Shown here: piece after piece, positions 41,232-55,450 of the stretch
Numbering within the stretch: position 1 is the first letter of the stretch
How the letters are laid out: the number at the start of each line of letters is the position of its first letter
From: Octopus vulgaris
Taxonomy: Eukaryota
Direction: 5' to 3'
Length of the DNA stretch: 64,000 bases
Assembly (NCBI GenBank): GCA_951406725.2
Contig: OX597833.1
Location: 43,338,001 to 43,402,000 of the forward strand
The notes under the pieces: generated by a model
Told to the model about the DNA's origin: nothing
Databases searched by the model: none
What the model saw: only the letters and a program-made list of their open reading frames with translations
Made by a program: the position numbers and the translations under genes

Positions 41232-41875
41232 AGATAAGGGCAGAAGAAAAAATCTAATGCCAGATACGTAAATTATGTATAAATTTTACCTTTAAAGGCA
41301 TTTTTTGATATGCTGGCCATTGATAAAATTTTTTTCCCGAAAAAATTTTATCCTATATCAATTATATATATATATATATATATTATATAAACGAGGCATA
41401 ACGAGATTAATATAAATGAACACACACGCTGTGTGCATGCTTGTATGTGTGTGTGAGTATGGATGTATATAATATATATATATATTTAAACACACGCGCG
41501 CGCGCGCGCGCACATACACAGAGAGTGGGGAAAAGTTTCTGGAAATTAAACGAGCGTATCATTTTTCGTCTTAAACTACACGGAATACCACGAGGAAATC
41601 GTTACCCAATCTGCTACTTTCGTCACGACCGAACTGACACCTTTAATCACAACTGACACATTTTTGACACTGACATATGCTGACATATCGCTTACTTAAC
41701 CAGTTTCCATAGATTTGGAAGTTGTGGTAAAGGAAGAACTATATAGCAATATATTTCACAGCGGCACTCAAAAGAATCGGATAAAATTTGAAACATGAAA
41801 AAAACTGGTGGATGTCAATGTCGACAAAACTAATGATAATGAATGTAAAGAAGGCGTTTGTCATCTATTATCTTT

Positions 41876-42499
41876 TCTTACTTGCTTCAGTCACTGGACT
41901 GCGACCATGCTTGGGCATCACCTTGAAGTGTTATGTCCAACAAGACAAGTTCAGTTCATATTTTTTTTATTAAGTCCGTTGGGGTCTTGCCGAAACCGCT
42001 AAGTTACGGGCACGTAAACAAACCAACCCCGGTTGTCAGGTGGTGGGGGACTGCAAACAAACGGAAAGACATATTGACACATACTTGCATGCATGCATAC
42101 ATACATACACACACACACACATACATGCATACATACATGCATATATGCATACATACATACATGCATACATACATGCATACATACATACATACATACATAC
42201 ATACATACATACATACATGCATGCATGCATGCATGCATGCATGAATACATACATACATACATACATACATACATACATACATACATACATACATACATAC
42301 ATACATACATACATTTATTATTACGTACGTATATGTGTATGCGACAGTTTCCACGCGTTTTCTGTCAACACCAAGTTCACACACAAGACACCAATCGGCC
42401 CGAAGCTATATTAAAAGATACTTGGCTCGATATGCCGCATAGTGGGAGTGAACCCAACGCATCGTAGTGACAAAGCGAGCTTCTTAACCACACAGCTAT
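41876..42499 (-). mobile_element. SINE family A copy with an expanded (CATA)n interior
   Basis: Homologous to 2005-2411. Confidence 0.75.
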
Positions 42500-43689
42500 G
42501 TTGAACATCAGCAAAATTATTTGTTTGATTGTATCGTTTAGTCGAGAGAGAAAGGCAGTGTTCATCGCCCTTTACAGGGTCTCCGAGACTGGTGAGAGAA
42601 AAAGAAAAAGTTATAGTCATGTAGGAAACCCGACCAAAATGCTTGCAACATTTTATTAAAGGTACCAAAGGGGAAGGAGAGGGCCCTTTTAAACAGAGTG
42701 GTGGGTTACGTATATCACCCATGTATTTATGTAGGCTACTGTTGGATTTGCACTCAAGAGCAAAATTCCGGAACAAAGACCGCAAGGCATCTTGTCCTAC
42801 GCTCTAACGTTTCCATCAGGTAACCGCTGTATTCTATTAATTTATTAATCAACCCCAGTAAGAAGAAGGACAAAGCGGACTTCCACAGAATTTGAATTCT
42901 CTTGGTAATGTTCCGGAATTAATAATCCTTTCTACTATAGGCACAAGGTCTGATATTTGGTGGGTGGAAACTCATCGATTACACCGATACCAGTACTTGA
43001 CTGATAGTTACTCCCGAAAGAATGAAAGGCAGAGTCGACGTCGGCGGAATTTGAACCGGAAGAAATGTCACTAAGCATTTTGTCCGGCGTGCTAACGTTA
43101 CATGTGACGGAATAAAAATTGTTTCAAAATTTTGACACAAGGCCAGCAATTTTAGGGGAAGGGGTAAGTCGATTAAGTTGAACACAATGCTCAACACGTA
43201 CTTATTTTATCGACCACGAAATGATGAAAGTCAAAGTCGACCTCAGTGAAATTTGAACTCAGAACGTAAAGGCGGACGAAATATTGCTAAGCATTTTTCC
43301 CAGCGTACGCTTAACTACCTCTTTCAACCTGTACCTAAAGTTTCTTTTTATACACCCACAAAAATACAAACATACTCTAGTCGTTATCGAGACACAGTTA
43401 CCCAACGCCTCCAGTAGTACAAAAGTCACCAAGAAGAGAATTTAACTCCGTATCAATGCAGCATCTACCAATGCTATTATCACTCTTTCTTACCAGCAAC
43501 ACTACAAAGCATCATGTAAAACCAACTCTCAAACTCAATAATATGATCATATTCGTATCACACACAGAAAGGTACCACACACTAAGATCTGTATAAAACA
43601 CTGCTCACAACATTCGCAACGCACAAAAGAAAGCAAAATGACGATACACAAGATTGCCCTTTTTTTCGAATAGAAAGAAACTTTCTTTC

Positions 43690-44150
43690 TTCTTTATGCC
43701 TTTAACCCTCCAACGCGGAGTATAGGCCACTTATAGTTGAATTCCATGTCGCATAATTTTTCGCTTCTGTACTTATACTCTGCCATGAATGTCCCCCTTT
43801 CTCTAGTTCCTTTTGTGTTGATCTCCGCCATGAGTTCTTAGGCCTACCTTTCTTTCTATATCCATCCGTTTTCCACTGTAAAGCACTTTTCGCTACATTT
43901 GGTGTGTCTTTTCTAATTGTGCTACCAATCCACTTCCACTTTTTCTTAAATATTTGCTCCCTAATCGAAACTTCATTTGTCCTTAGCCATAGCTCCATAT
44001 TGCTTATGTGTTCGGGCCATCTAATTTTAAGTATACTACGCAAGCATCTGTTGATGAATGTTGTATTTGCTTATTTGATTTAACTGTTGTTCGCCATGTC
44101 TCAGCCCCATACAATAACACCGCTTTTACGTTAGTATTAAACATTCTTAT
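43690..44150 (-). mobile_element. RTE LINE 3' fragment
   Basis: FNTNVKAVLLYGAETWRTT / RSILKIRWPEHISNMELW…WKWIG…RKKGRPKNSWRRS. Confidence 0.88.
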
Positions 44151-44506
44151 TATTCTTATTACTATTCTTAGAAAGAAACGGCAACACATGAAATTAATCA
44201 AATGCGAGCTGCGTTGAACTTAATACTTTTTCTTAGACAATACCCAAACAATTTGCAATTTCAGTCGCTCGAATGAATGTCCATCCAACCTTAAATGTAC
44301 TTCTCAACATCTTATTTACAATTCTTCGGTTACAATTAACAGTTTTTAGAACATGCGTCAGATTAACTTCAATTGTTTCTTCTTTTTTTTTTAATTACTC
44401 CGCCATCAACATTTAGACACTTTACATCATCCTTTTAGACGCAACACACGGAAATTACATTGTCAAAAAATAAATGGAGTCATGAATCCAGAAAGACGGA
44501 CAATAA

Positions 44507-44887
44507 TCTATATATATAAAGCTGATGTTGTTTGTGTGTGGCAGGTTTGGTAGCCTTCACCGAACACTATCTCCTCCGAGACCCAGCGGCGCAAGTTGAC
44601 CAAAATTGAGAGTATGATAGAAGATTTGCTCTTCATTCCGTAGAAGATAAAATTCAAATCGGACCATGTTAAGACCAAAAATTATTTACATAAAAAAGGT
44701 GCTTTTTTTCTATGAAAATCCTTATTTTTTACGATTTTTTGACTGCTGTGTCGCCATTTTTCGGTGTATTTCAACCAGAAAAATGTTCGCTTAAAGAGAA
44801 TAACGAGCTACATAATGCAAAACTTTTCAAAAGTTTCAATTCTAAAGGGTCGAAACAAACCCGAGCAATGCCGGGCGATGTTGCTAG
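44507..44887 (+). mobile_element. Non-autonomous Helitron
   Basis: A|TCTATATATATAAAGCTG start; hairpin CCCGAGCAATGCCGGG (44860-44875) followed by CTAG|T end. Confidence 0.9.
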
Positions 44888-45546
44888 TATCAAATAAAGT
44901 AATATACTGGAGTTTTGAATTTCTTTTTTTTTTCTTTCTTACCAAATATTACTGCCATTTCAACAAACCGTGTCTGCTTTGCAGTTTTGGAGTGTGTGAA
45001 ATATAATTTCCCATTCTCTTCTTTCTCAATCGTTATTCACAACTAGTATCTACTTGTTTGCAAAAATGCTTTAACTCATTCAAATATGTAAAACCAGTTA
45101 TCCAACCCAACTGTTGAATTTCATCAATGAGAGCTGCTTCACTTCCCATGCAATTTATTCTCGAATATATCGTTTTGTTACATGAAGACCACACTTTGCC
45201 TCGTTTCAGTCTAATCATTTCATAACTATTTGAACCAATTGCGTCACTTTCAATATTATGAAATCGTCAGCGTTGATTGAGTCAGCTGATTCACCGTTGA
45301 TCACTTACCTTTCCCTTAACCTTTTTCTGTTCATTCGCACATTCCTGTTCCACCCCCTTTCTACCCCTCTCTCTTTCTTTCTCTCTCTCTCTTTCTCTCT
45401 CAGTAACTCACATTACATATCCATTTGTTCCTCGGAAATTCTTCGTCATAATTTGATAATCTTAATGATAAAACTTGTAATTTTAATCCAGAGCTTTTTC
45501 AGGTGTAAACATTTTATGCACACGTACACACACTTACGACTACCTA

Positions 45547-45580
<34 letters not shown>

Positions 45581-45681
45581 CTTATATTGTATATATTGCA
45601 TATATATAGAGAGAGAGGAGGAAAGAGAGTGAGGGAGAAATACATGTACATAAATATATGTATATATATATACATATATAG

Positions 45682-45731
<50 letters not shown>

Positions 45732-45889
45732 CTAGGGTTAGGGTTAGGACTTTGGGTACATGTCTGTTAGTATGTCGATTAGAGCACGTTCACCACTTGG
45801 GCAACCCGAGGACATCTTCAGTTACGATATATGTTTCACTGGATCTACATAAGGAAATTCACTGTGTTTGTTGAGTTTAGACTTGATTA

Positions 45890-45969
45890 GGAAAACGAAA
45901 GATGGATTTAGTACGAATCTTTATTCTTTGTGCTGAACAAAGATTCGTACTAAATCCATCTTCGTTTCC
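45890..45969. repeat. Short perfect hairpin (24-bp stem, 16-nt loop)
   Basis: 45899-45922 AAGATGGATTTAGTACGAATCTTT pairs exactly with 45939-45962. Confidence 0.9.
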
Positions 45970-46045
45970 CTCATCAATTACACAAACATACACACATACA
46001 CACACATACACCCACACACATACACACATACACACACACACCCAC

Positions 46046-46238
<193 letters not shown>

Positions 46239-46291
46239 TATATATATATACATATATATATACATATATATATATATATGTATATATATAT

Positions 46292-46565
46292 AATGGGACA
46301 AGAACGCAAAACATCCGGACAACTAGATGATACAAAAAGGGACAACAAAGTATCCAGATAGACGATACAAAAAAACAAGGACGGGTCATTCGAAGGCTTT
46401 TATCCTCAGTCAAGAACCAGATCATCCTCGCAATTTCAGCTGATTAATCTTGAGATTGCTCCAATCTGGCCAGCCCCAAGGAAAAACTAAGCTAAGAGCA
46501 TTAGATTCCTTGGAAAAAAGCATCGAATGTATACGAAAACAAGGACGGAAAAACAAACGATGTTA
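46292..46565 (-). mobile_element. Member of the structured non-coding repeat family (cf. 19306-20543), within (TA)n
   Basis: Minus strand CCAAGGAATCTAATGCTCTTAGCTTAGTTTTTCCTTGGGGCTGGCC…GAAATTGC…GACTGAGGA…TTCGAATGA aligns with 19619-19750. Confidence 0.82.
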
Positions 46566-46695
46566 CACATATATATATATGAGAGTGTTTGTGTGTCTTT
46601 TGTATGGTATTGTATTTTTAAGATTGCAGTGTATTGTAACAGTCATTTCTGTTGCTCCAGTGACACAAGTAATTATGAATAATATTAATAATGAT

Positions 46696-46743
<48 letters not shown>

Positions 46744-47507
46744 TTTATTATTATTACTAAACCAAATCACTATTATTTGCACTGCTATCATTATTAGTAC
46801 TATTAATAAAAACAAACCATTATTATTTACACTGCTATCATTACTGGTATTATTGTTATTTATGCTTTTCTGTTTATTCGTTTTCTATATTGGAACATCT
46901 GGTGAAATTCTAAGCATAGAGCGTTTTTATGACTCTTCAAGCATCGACACGGATTGATCCTTGAACCACTACAACTGACAGGATCGATTGACTGACCTGG
47001 GAAGACCCACCTTGGTTTAGACGTTATGTTTATATTTAGTCAGTGTGTATGTGTATGCGTATGTATATTTGTGTGTGTGTGTGTGCGTGCGTGCGTGTGT
47101 GTGTGTGTGTGTGTTTATGTCTATATGTCCAAGGCAGGTGAGATATAAAATAAAAAGAATAAACAAGACAGTGCCCGGAGCTAGGGACAGTGTACTCATT
47201 CTCTTGCGACGCACATGCGCACACATACACACACATACACACTACTCACAGCCTCTCTCAACCCTACCTCTTTCTTTCTCTCTCTCCCTCACTCTCCTAT
47301 ATATGTCTGTGTATACATACACGCACACACAAATATATAATAAATATATATTTATACATACATACATATATATACATATATATATATAATAAATATGTAT
47401 ATATATACACATATATATGTATGTATATATATATATGTATATGTATATATATATATACATATTCACACACATATATATATATGTATATATATATGTATAT
47501 ATATATG

Positions 47508-47550
<43 letters not shown>

Positions 47551-48154
47551 GTATATATGTATGTATATATATATATATATGTGTGTGTGTATGTGTGTGT
47601 ATATATATATATATATGTGATCAAATGGATATGTGTGTGTTTGTGTATATTGCAGGAACAGAGTAAATTTTTTTATGCTATGTATTCATGCCTAAACACG
47701 CGTGCGTGCACACACATATGTTGACTATTATATATATATGTATATATAATTGTATATATACATGTGTGTGTGTGCGTATACACATGCATCTATTTAAACG
47801 AATGTACATAATATACGTACATATATGTTAAGGCGACAGAGTAAATATGGTATAGATTCATGCATAAACACCCGCCCGCCCACAAGCACACACGCACACA
47901 CAGGGAGACATTCATAAACACATACACACATGCACACATACATACATACATACATACATACATACATACATACATACATACATACATACATACATACATG
48001 TGCATATTCGGTATAGAAAAAAATCCCTCCATCTAACTATCTGTTGTTGCTCCCTTTTAATCACAAAAGTTTATAGCCGCAATTACGTCCTATTATCCAA
48101 CATTTACCATACAATAACTGAAAATGTGACGAAGTTTCTCTTTTTCCTATACAC

Positions 48155-48210
<56 letters not shown>

Positions 48211-48451
48211 CATCTTCCTCTCGTTTCTTCTCTTTTTCTCCTTTGCTCTCTCCCTCATTTTTGTTATCAATCTATCAATCTATCTATCTACCTATCTATC
48301 TATTTATTTATCTATCTGTCAATCAAACGTAGTTTAGATAGATTTACTTCAACGATCATTGAAGTATATTCTTTCGGTTTTGCTCATTAAGTAAACTAAA
48401 CATAACAGCAAGAAATATTAACATCATTATTATTACATATCCTCATCATCG

Positions 48452-48490
<39 letters not shown>

Positions 48491-48796
48491 CCGTTATATT
48501 GCTATTCGTAATCGAACGACTACATTCGCAGTAGCAGTAACAACCACAGCAACAGTGAAACAAGAACCACAGTAACAACAATACCAAAAGCAAGTGCAAG
48601 CTCATCTGTCTCACGAAGATATAAAACAAGAAAAGTAACACTAAAATCAAAAAGAAAAAAACTAATACTACCAACGTTTACCATCATCACCACTACCACC
48701 ACCAACACCACCAACACCTTCACCACACTGCCACCAGAATTAAGAAGAGAAACACTGCCATCAACAATCGTTAGAACAACAAACAATAACTACAAT

Positions 48797-49205
48797 TATT
48801 TCTTTACTACCCACAAGGGGCTAAACACAAAGTGGACAAACGAGGACAGACAAACGGATTAAGTCGATTACATCGACTCCAGTGCGTAACTGGTACTTAA
48901 CTTATCGACCCCGAAAGGATGAAAGGCAAAGTCGACCTCGGTGGAATTTGAACTCAGAACGTAACGGCAGACGAAATACCTATTTCTTTATTACCCACAA
49001 GGGGCTAAACATAGAGAGGACAAACAAGGACAGACAAACGGATTAAGTCGATTACATCGACCCCCAGTGAGTAACTGGTACTTAATTTATCGACCCCGAA
49101 AGGATGAAAGGCAAAGTCGACCTCGGTGGAATTTGAACTCAGAACGTAACGGCAGACGAAATACTGCTAAGTATTTCGCCCGGCGTGTTCACGTTTCTGC
49201 CAGCT
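48797..49205 (-). mobile_element. SINE family B dimer
   Basis: Two tandem bodies and one head. Confidence 0.88.
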
Positions 49206-49776
49206 ATGACGACGTCAACAATAATGGCATAACAACCATAACCATTTAAAACTATAACAATAGTAATAACAGCAAAATCAACCACTACATCAACAATAAA
49301 AGCACCAGCTATGCAACAACACTAACAAGAACTATCTCTACAATACCAACACGAACACTAAATGACCACTACCAATACTACCACGACAGCTGCATTTCCG
49401 ACCTCAGTATCAAGAACGATTACACCAAAATTATTTAAAAAATAGTCAAAGAGAGGACGATTTTGTGGTCGTTCAACCTGTTGGAAATAGCAACCAAAAC
49501 TTCCTCAAGTTATGCCATTTAAAGGGTAGGCGAAGACATAGCATCCGAGAAGTGCTGGGGGCCCCTCATACTGTAAAGAAAGGCAGGATACTACAAAGCT
49601 GGAACTATCTGAAACGTGTTTGGCTGTACATCTGCCCAATCAGAATTGACCAGGATGTAAGCAAGAATAACAAAAACATAGATAACACATATACAAAAAA
49701 CAAAAACTACAAGCACAAAAAGACAAAGCAATCACTACCGCTTCAATAGACCATAAACAATCCTCATTGCGCAAAA

Positions 49777-49931
49777 ATGGACGTTCCGGCTGGAAATGAC
49801 AAGACGTCCATACATGAATATAGACATACAGCGCCCAGTGTTGTTCCTGAATTGGTGTCGGAGTTCTGTCAAGAAACCAGTCTGCATGGGGTGCGAAACG
49901 CGTATGATTCCAAAAAATACAAACTTCGAGG
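49777..49931 (+). CDS. DEG/ENaC (ASIC-like) channel, coding exon 1 (not in the ORF track)
   Basis: ATG at 49777 reads MDVPAGNDKTSIHEYRHTAPSVVPELVSEFCQETSLHGVRNAYDSKKYKLR(G), containing the conserved pre-TM1 F..xTSLHG motif. Donor GG|GTGAGT, phase 2, joins 55451 in frame. Confidence 0.88.
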
Positions 49932-50276
49932 GTGAGTTTTTATTTATGATTTGGATGCACAAGGTCAGACGCACGTAAATATGACTTAACTTGTTCTCTC
50001 GTTCTTCAGAATTCCATTGAATCAAGTGCAGGGTTACCAGACTGGGTTACAAGAGGCAACTTAGTAAAATGCACTCTTATGCAGAACTGCACGCTACTGT
50101 TTCTTTATCTGTTTTTTTATATTTTGTTTTTATTTAGTCATATATTATTTTTTTATTGATTTGGTTGTTTTCTTACTTTCAAATTTATAATTCTTAAAGA
50201 TGATAATCCAATTGGATATCATTTAATTATCAACTAAATTAGAGCCTATCTACAGGCAATCCATTTATATGTGTGA

Positions 50277-50322
<46 letters not shown>

Positions 50323-50342
50323 GTATATGTATATATTTATAC

Positions 50343-50378
<36 letters not shown>

Positions 50379-50384
50379 ATGTAT

Positions 50385-50418
<34 letters not shown>

Positions 50419-50492
50419 ATATATGTGTGTATCTATATATATACATATACACATATATATATATATATATGTGTGTATGTATGTATATATAT

Positions 50493-50590
<98 letters not shown>

Positions 50591-51300
50591 CATATGTGTG
50601 TATTAAGAGTCTATGAATAGGCATTCATACAAATATTCTTCTATAAGTGCAAGCCTAATATTTATATATGTATATGTATACCTATGTAGGTATATGTATG
50701 TTTATGTATGTATATATGTAAATGTATATCTATCTATCTCTATATATATAAGGGTGTATGTAAGCAGGTATACATACATTCATATATACTTACACACACA
50801 CACACGCGCGCACACAAACACACACACATGTATATACACTCACACATACATATGTATATAATAGGAGATACTGAAATCCTGGAATCACGGAATCACGTCA
50901 GTGCATGATCTGGCAATCCAGATGAGCAATGGTGCATCATTCCGTGTGAATATTATTAATATGGCACCTATATAGAAACAGCTGACTTATAATTTAATAG
51001 TGAAAAAAGGTCCCTTGTTATTGGGATGTCTATGCTTTATCTCAGTGTAATTCATATGGTAAGTGAAGTTATGTGACTTCTTGAACAGAGACTCGAAACT
51101 ATGCTTGCACGGGGAAAAGTATGAAGCATTAGCTACAAACGTCACGTAGTTGAATAAAAGAAAGAAGTTGTTTTCTTTTTCTTACTTTCTTGCCTTTCTC
51201 AAGGTCATTAGTGACGTAGGTGAACGTTGATACATATCTTTATGCAAGAATCAAATCGATTTTGCTTCCTTTGAATATGTGGAAGAACCGCATATTTACC

Positions 51301-51527
51301 GCGAGCTGGCAGAAACGTTAGCACGCCAGGCGAAATGCGTAGCCGTATTTCGTCTGCCGTTACGTTCTGAGTTCAAATTCTGCTGAGGTCGACTTTACCT
51401 TTCATCCTTTCGGGGTCGATTAAATAAGTACCAGTTACGCACTGGGGTTGATATAATCGACTTAATCCGTTTGTCTGTCCTTGTTTGTCCCCTCTGTTTT
51501 TAGCCCCTTGTGGATAGTAAAGAAATA
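51301..51527 (+). mobile_element. SINE family B monomer in intron 1
   Basis: ATATTTACCG duplicated at both ends. Confidence 0.88.
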
Positions 51528-51769
51528 TATTTACCGGAATAGGGGGAAAGTGTGATGATGTAATATTTATGCCTCACAGAAAACTATAGACTATGAAAGT
51601 TATGTAAAATGTAGCAATCAATTCAAATAAAGACAATACATGCATACATATACTCACACACAAACACACACATAGCTGTACCGCAATTATGGTTCAGCAT
51701 TTTCTAACGTTCTAGATAAACTAAGATCATCGTAGAACCTTAAAAAAAACTTTGACTTGATAACTGAAA

Positions 51770-51880
51770 ATCTTCCGCATTAACTTCCTGGGCGTTTCCT
51801 TGTATCTCAACAAATAAATAGAAACAATACAGAAACAAAACGAACAAGTTACCTTATACTGACAAAAACTCCTCTCACAT
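51770..51880 (+). mobile_element. Possible Penelope-like RT remnant
   Basis: Frameshifted INFLGVSLYLN…YRNK…TDKNSSH resembles the PLE RT motif NFLDVTL.L…YRKP…SNHP. Confidence 0.4.
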
Positions 51881-51917
51881 GAACATATACACCACTCTTT
51901 AGAATCCAGTCAACAAT

Positions 51918-52695
51918 ATTCTTCTCTACTCTAGGCACAAGGCCCGAGATTTTGGGGGAGGGAGCCACTCGATTATATCGACCCCGGTACGCAACTGGTA
52001 CTTAATTTATCGGCCCCGAAAGGATGAAGGGCAAGGTCAACCTCGGAGGAATTTGAACTCAGAACGTAAAGACAAAATACCTATTTCTTTACTACCCACA
52101 AGGGCCTAAACACAGTGGGGATAAGCAAGGACAGACAAACAGATTAAGTCGACTATATCGACCCCAGTGCGTAACTGGTACTTATTTAAACGACCCCGAA
52201 AGGATGAAAGGCAAAGTCGACCTCGGCGGAATTTGAACTCAGAACGTAGCGGCAGACGAAATACCTATTTCTTTACTACCCACAAGGGGCTAAAGACAGA
52301 GAGGACAAACAAGAACAGACAGACGGATTAAGTCGATTATATCGACCCCAGTGCGTAACTGGTACTTAATTCATCGACCCCGAAAGGATGAAAGGCAAAG
52401 TAGACCTCGGTGGAATTTGAACTCAGAACGTAATGGCAGACGAAATACAGCTACGCATTTCGCCCGGCGTGCTAACATTTCTTAATACTGCCAACAATTT
52501 TTTTCTACTCTAAGCACAAGGCCCGAAATTTTGTGTAAGGGGACCGGTCGATTAGATTGACACCAATACGCAACTGGTACTTAATTTATCGACCTCGAAA
52601 GGATGAAAGGTAAAGTCGACTTTGGCGGAATTTGAATTCAGAACGTAAAGACGGACGAAATACTGCTAAGTATTTCGCCCGGCGTGCCAACGCTT
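51918..52695 (-). mobile_element. SINE family B multimer (three bodies) plus an adjacent variant copy
   Basis: CGACCCCGAAAGGATGAAAGGCAAAGTCGACCTCGG repeats about every 180 bp. Confidence 0.85.
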
Positions 52696-53884
52696 CTTAA
52701 TCTTGTCATTTATATAGATTTTTCTACTGATATCAGTAGAAAAATCTCTGATAGAGTTACAAAATACTGTTATAAAGCGCTAGAGAATAATGGACTGATA
52801 GGAAAAGTTAAGTTCACCCAAAAACTGATCTGTTCTCACCAAATAAAACCAAAATCCTCAAAACCACATGACACAAATTATCAAACATTACGACCGAAAA
52901 ATGTCTAAAACAATCTGCAGCTGTATGACGAACGTAGGAAATTCATCTCAGGTTGTAGATGGGGTCCGAATTAACTAATACACCCAAGAATATGGAAGCC
53001 AATTCTGTGGATAGTTCTCGATTGTCCTCAACAACCTAGAAATATAGAAATAAATAACTACACTTCCTGGGTATTTTAGACAGTTTTTTCTTTTCTTTTT
53101 TTTTTGAGATTGAGTTGTTGAACTACGATGTTAGTCCCATGAGATATAGAACCCCCTTCAATCATATATCAGAAAATCATAATGTGCAAGGGCAACTTCA
53201 AGAGCTGGTAGGCAGTGAGAGGTAAACTATTCCACCATCCACATGAAGCCGCGTGGCTTAGTGGTTAGGGTGTTGGACTCATGATCGTAAGATTGTGGTT
53301 TCGATTTCTATACTGTGCGGCGCGTTGTGTTCTTGAGCAAAACGCTTCATTTCACGTTGATCCAGCTCATTCAGCTGGCAAAAATGAGTAATCCTGCGAC
53401 GAACCGGCGTCCCGTCCACGAGGAGAATATATACGCCATGAAAGCAGGAAATCGGTCCCTATGAGTCGGTAAGACTCGAGAAGGTAACTTTACCTTTTTA
53501 TTTTACCAGCCATGTCATCTGATGTTTCGCAACGACTGAATCATAAAACTTTTTAAACCCTTTGGCATCGAGATTACTTTATCTAATCTAATGTCTTTTC
53601 TTTTATTCACACTGTTTTAAATTAATCATACATTATCTTGTGGCTTTCAAATTTCGAGGATATGATTGTTTATTTTCCTGAATGACATTGTTGGGTAGGT
53701 GTGAGAGTCCAGATCTGTCCTGTTAAATGGTTAAATGTTAAATGGTTAATGAATATAACAGTATCAAATGTGCTGAGTTCACTGTTACTTTTTCCTAAGC
53801 ATTGCCATGTAGGTAATAACGCTTATAAACATAACATAACTACTACAACAAACCACTACTGCAACTACTACTACTACTACTAAC

Positions 53885-53937
<53 letters not shown>

Positions 53938-53939
53938 GC

Positions 53940-54302
53940 CTTTCTACTATAGGCACAAGGCCTGAAATTTGGTGGGAGGGGGCCATTCGATTATATCGAC
54001 CCCAGTACGCAGCTGGTAGTTAATTCATCAACCCCGAAAAGATGAAAGGCAAAGTCGACTTCGGTGGAATTTGAACTCAGAATATAGCGACGGGCGAAAT
54101 ACATATTTCTTTACTACCCACAAGGGGCTAAACACAGAGAGGACAAACAATGACAGACAAACGGATTAAGGCTATTATATCGACCCCAGTGCATAACAGG
54201 TACTTATTTAATCGACCCCGAAAGGATGAAAGGCAAAGTCGACCTCGGCGGAATTTGAACTCAGAACGTAACGGCAGGCGAGATACGGCTATGCATTTCG
54301 CC
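53940..54302 (-). mobile_element. SINE family B dimer
   Basis: Two bodies; followed by a SINE A 3' half at 54310-54490. Confidence 0.83.
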
Positions 54303-54494
54303 TATGCATTTGTCCCCTAGCATTGCTTGACAACCGATGCTGGTGTGTTTATGTCCCCGTTACTTAGCGGTTCGGCAAAAGAGACCGATAGAATAAGTAC
54401 TGGGCTTACAAAAGAATAAGTCCCGGGGTCGAGTTGGTCGATTAAAGGCGGTGCTTCAGCATGGCCGCAGTCAAATGACTGAAACAAGTATAAT

Positions 54495-54890
54495 GTGTTC
54501 CCACTGATAAAAATATATCTGTAAAGGAATTTCACAAACTTAGTAAAATATAAGAATCTGGAAAATGAAATACAAAAGATGTGGCGTCTTAAAATAAAAA
54601 CTGTTTCTATTATTGTAGATGCCCTAGGTATGATAAAAAAATGTTGGAGTATCTGAAGCATCAAGACAACATCCCAACTTGTGCTGACAAGTACTACTCA
54701 CATCCTTAGAAAAACCTTATCAATTTAAATGCTTAAGTTGTATTATACTGAAGAATTTCTGTACAGCCCTCACCACTTCTCCTCTCTAAGCTTTCACTTA
54801 TATTTCAGCATTTCTTAACCTTCATTTGCCCTGTGGCACTGGGTGTGTCCTGACAAGTGATTACATCAAACATACGGATTAAAAATAAAC
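54495..54890 (+). mobile_element. R4/Dong-like RLE LINE 3' fragment
   Basis: VPTDKNISVKEFHKLSKYKNLENEIQKMWRLKIKTVSIIVDALGMIKK…HILRKTLSI*; ends in (CAA)n(TAA)n. Confidence 0.8.
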
Positions 54891-54908
54891 AACAACAACT
54901 ACAACAGC

Positions 54909-54950
<42 letters not shown>

Positions 54951-54984
54951 AATAATAATAATGATATTAATAATTGGTTGGAAT

Positions 54985-55361
54985 CCTTTTTGTCTCGGGA
55001 GACAATGGAGTTGCGCATAAAGTAGTCTAGTCCGGCTTTTACATTTCATGTCCTAATACATTTCCTGCTGTGGCTGTGTAGTCCTATCCTAGACAAACAC
55101 TCCCTCTGGCAGGTGCCGCAAATGTAGCGAAGACTGTTCCTGGCTGGTTGTAATGTCATAGTATCTTGTTGACGTCTTTTTTTGTCTTTCCATTTCTCCT
55201 CTCTCTGTCACTCCTTTGTATTCCCCTTTTACGGTACGTCGCCAATCACCACGGTTGCTGGCAACTGCTTCCCAATTGCTAATATTGATGCTGCGGGCCT
55301 TCATGTCCCTTTTGCAAACATCCTAGTAACGTAAGAACGGTCTTCCCACAGACATAGTACC

Positions 55362-55362
<1 letters not shown>
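54985..55362 (-). mobile_element. RTE LINE 3' fragment
   Basis: GRPFLRY*DVCKRDMKARSINISNWEAVASNRGDWRRTVK. Confidence 0.8.
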
Positions 55363-55400
<38 letters not shown>

Positions 55401-55450
55401 CAGTCAGAATCTTCATACATTTTGCTTTGTTCTGTTTTTCTTACTTTCAG

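Noticed and set aside
49796-49978. 60-aa ORF-track call overlapping channel exon 1
   Set aside because: Wrong frame; the frame from ATG 49777 contains the TSLHG motif and splices in phase to exon 2.
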